Source: Octopus sinensis (taxonomy: Eukaryota). Taken from it: a stretch of DNA of 7,970 nt. The position numbers and the translations under genes are program-made. This document shows, in pieces, positions 6,066 through 7,970 of the stretch. The stretch is from the NCBI RefSeq assembly GCF_006345805.1, contig NW_021828681.1, positions 1 to 7,970 of the forward strand. The letters run 5' to 3'. Position 1 is the first letter of the stretch. Each line of letters begins with the position of its first letter. The notes beneath the pieces are model-generated. The model had not been told where the DNA came from, did no database searches, and worked only from the letters and a program-made list of their open reading frames with translations.

Positions 6066-6688
6066 TCTTCTTTATTCTTTCACTTGTTTTCGGTCATTAG
6101 ACTGCGGCCATGCTGGGGCACCGCCTTGAAGAATTTTTGTCGAACGAAACGACCCAGGTACTTATATATATATTTGTTTTATTTTTATGTCATTTGAAGC
6201 CTGGTACGTACTCTGTCGCTTTCGGTTGCCGAACCGTTACGTCATGAGGACATAAATACATACATACATACATATATATACGATGGACTTTTTTCAGTTT
6301 CCGTCTACCAAATCCACTCACAAGGCTTTGGTCGGCCTGAGACTATAGTATAAGACATTTGCTGAAGGTGCCACGTAGTGAGACTGAACCTGGAAGCATG
6401 TGGTTGGGAAACAAGCTTCTTATTTCTTTACTACCCACAAGGGGCTAAACACAGAGAGGACAAACAAGGACAGACAAAGGGATTAAGTCGATTATATCGA
6501 CCCCAGTGCGCAACTAGTACTTATTTAATTGACCCCGAAAGGATGAAAGGCAAAGTCGACCTCGGCGGAATTTGAACTCAGAACATAGTGGCAGGCGAAA
6601 TACTGTTAAACATTTCGTCCGACGTGCTAACGATTCTGCCAGCTCGCCGCCTTTGGAAAACAAGCTTACCATACAAACACGCCTGTGT
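6066..6688 (-). mobile_element. Near-full-length family B CORE-SINE (3' half 6066-6255, microsatellite, 5' half 6283-6418 plus 6653-6688) interrupted by a family A SINE
   Basis: The halves seen separately at 3853-4078 and 4401-4558 are contiguous here, joined by (TACA)n/(TA)n. The head is split by the 6419-6652 insertion. Confidence 0.82.
6419..6652 (-). mobile_element. tRNA-derived SINE, family A copy 4, nested in a family B SINE, with an alternative 3' tail
   Basis: A-type head and body. 15-bp TSD TTGGGAAACAAGCTT (6404-6418) / TTGGAAAACAAGCTT (6653-6667) with 1 mismatch. Confidence 0.88.
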
Positions 6689-7049
6689 CTAATAATCATT
6701 TTTATATAATTCCTAAAAATATTTAATTATAAAAATATAATAGGACATCTTTTTAACATTGAATGGCTAGGAGGGGCCATGCAAGTAAAAGCGGAATCCA
6801 TAGGGTCCGTAGTCAAAACATATTAAAGTCGGCTGGTTTATTATTGATCGTCACAGCTCACATTAACTCCGCTTCTAAAAATATCTTAGACTTCATTACC
6901 AAACAGGGGATCAAGGAAAGATCTCTTCGGTGCAGGGACTCCACCCACTCTACTCCATCTTATACCATACTGTACAGTTTGACAATGTCAAATCAAAAGA
7001 TTACTTAGAGTTGGCCATGTACCCGTTTGTGTGGTGTGTGATTTGGAAC

Positions 7050-7350
7050 TAGAGTGTGTGAGGAAGAGAGAGAGTGAGAGACAGGGTGCGTGAGAGAGGC
7101 AGAGTGAATAACTGAGAGAGAGATATGTCCCTAATGTTTTGTAATGTCCCCTCTCCGTCGCCCCTTGTGGGTAATAAAAAATCAGAGTGATAATATTTAA
7201 GAGAGACGGAGAGAGTGTTTGAAAGAGGCAGAGAGAATGTGACAGAGAGATAGGTTGGGTAGAGTGAGAGAGAAAAAGATAAAGAGAGAGTCAGAGGAAA
7301 GAGAGGGAGACGGAGATAAAGATGGGAGAAAGAAAGAGATAGAAGGAGAC
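7050..7350. repeat. GA-rich low-complexity tract
   Basis: Interrupted (GA)n. Explains ORFs 7049..7423, 7197..7400 and 7255..7485. Confidence 0.8.
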
Positions 7351-7863
7351 AACATATATATATTAGAAAATTTAATCTGGGTTGGAGCGCGAGCGAGCAT
7401 GATAGCCTTTCGGCTGAGGGCATTTCAGAACATCGTTATTAAAATAGACAAGATGACAGAAAGACAAATTAATAGAGATAAATAAATAAATAGACAACAA
7501 CCTCTTCAGACAATAAAAATGAAATGATTAAAAACAGAAGAAAACAAAAAAAAAAAAAAGATGGATGATGAATATAGTTTTGAAAATAGCAGTAGCGGAA
7601 AACATTTATTTACAAGATGTCACTGATCAGGAAGACATCAGCTACAACAACTGGAACATCTACAACATCAATCAAAAGTAATCCATCAAAAGCTGGACTA
7701 GTTTCTATTTAATGGAAAGCAACAAACACGTAAGCAGACAGCAAACACACCGACTGACAGGAAGCAGACGATATCAGAGCGAAGACATATTGAAATGGTG
7801 ACAAGTAAGCGTTTTTATGTATGCAACCGGAAAACGAAATGGCTTGCTTGCTTGCTTTCTGTA

Positions 7864-7864
<1 letters not shown>

Positions 7865-7896
<32 letters not shown>

Positions 7897-7970
7897 TGTG
7901 TGTGTGTGTTTGTGTGTGAGTGTATGTGTGTGAGTGTGTGTATGTGTGTCTGTGAGTGTGAGTGAGTGTG
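7865..7970. repeat. (GT)n microsatellite running off the window end
   Basis: Directly visible GT/GA/AT-interrupted dinucleotide repeat. Confidence 0.95.

Noticed and set aside
6763-7008. 81-aa ORF in unique sequence (likewise 3089..3367 and 4740..4982)
   Set aside because: No recognisable motif and a length within chance expectation. 3089..3367 runs into the MITE. Would need homology or expression support.

Overview
Eukaryotic, non-coding, repeat-dominated DNA with no supportable protein-coding gene, RNA gene or CRISPR array. The SINE families resemble, from memory and unverified, those of Octopus genomes. Contents: (i) four copies of a tRNA-headed SINE ('family A'); (ii) CORE-type SINEs, namely one long 'family C' copy and a bipartite 'family B' with a central microsatellite, present as two near-full copies plus fragments; (iii) two copies of a ~420-bp non-autonomous DNA transposon (MITE) with 29-bp GGATC-starting TIRs, 8-bp target-site duplications and internal TTAGGG-like repeats; (iv) large GA, CA, AT, AAT and GT micro/minisatellites, which explain most listed ORFs. 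The most unusual structure is MITE copy 1 (1157-1691), a head-to-head fold-back derivative that ends in an expanded telomere-like G4 motif yet is still bracketed by a perfect 8-bp duplication. Two further fold-back inversions bracket one SINE fragment (4970-5256), and two SINE families share a GTCGA-N5-TCGAC hairpin module. I see no evidence for a new gene-encoded system; the novelty candidates are mobile-element architectures.
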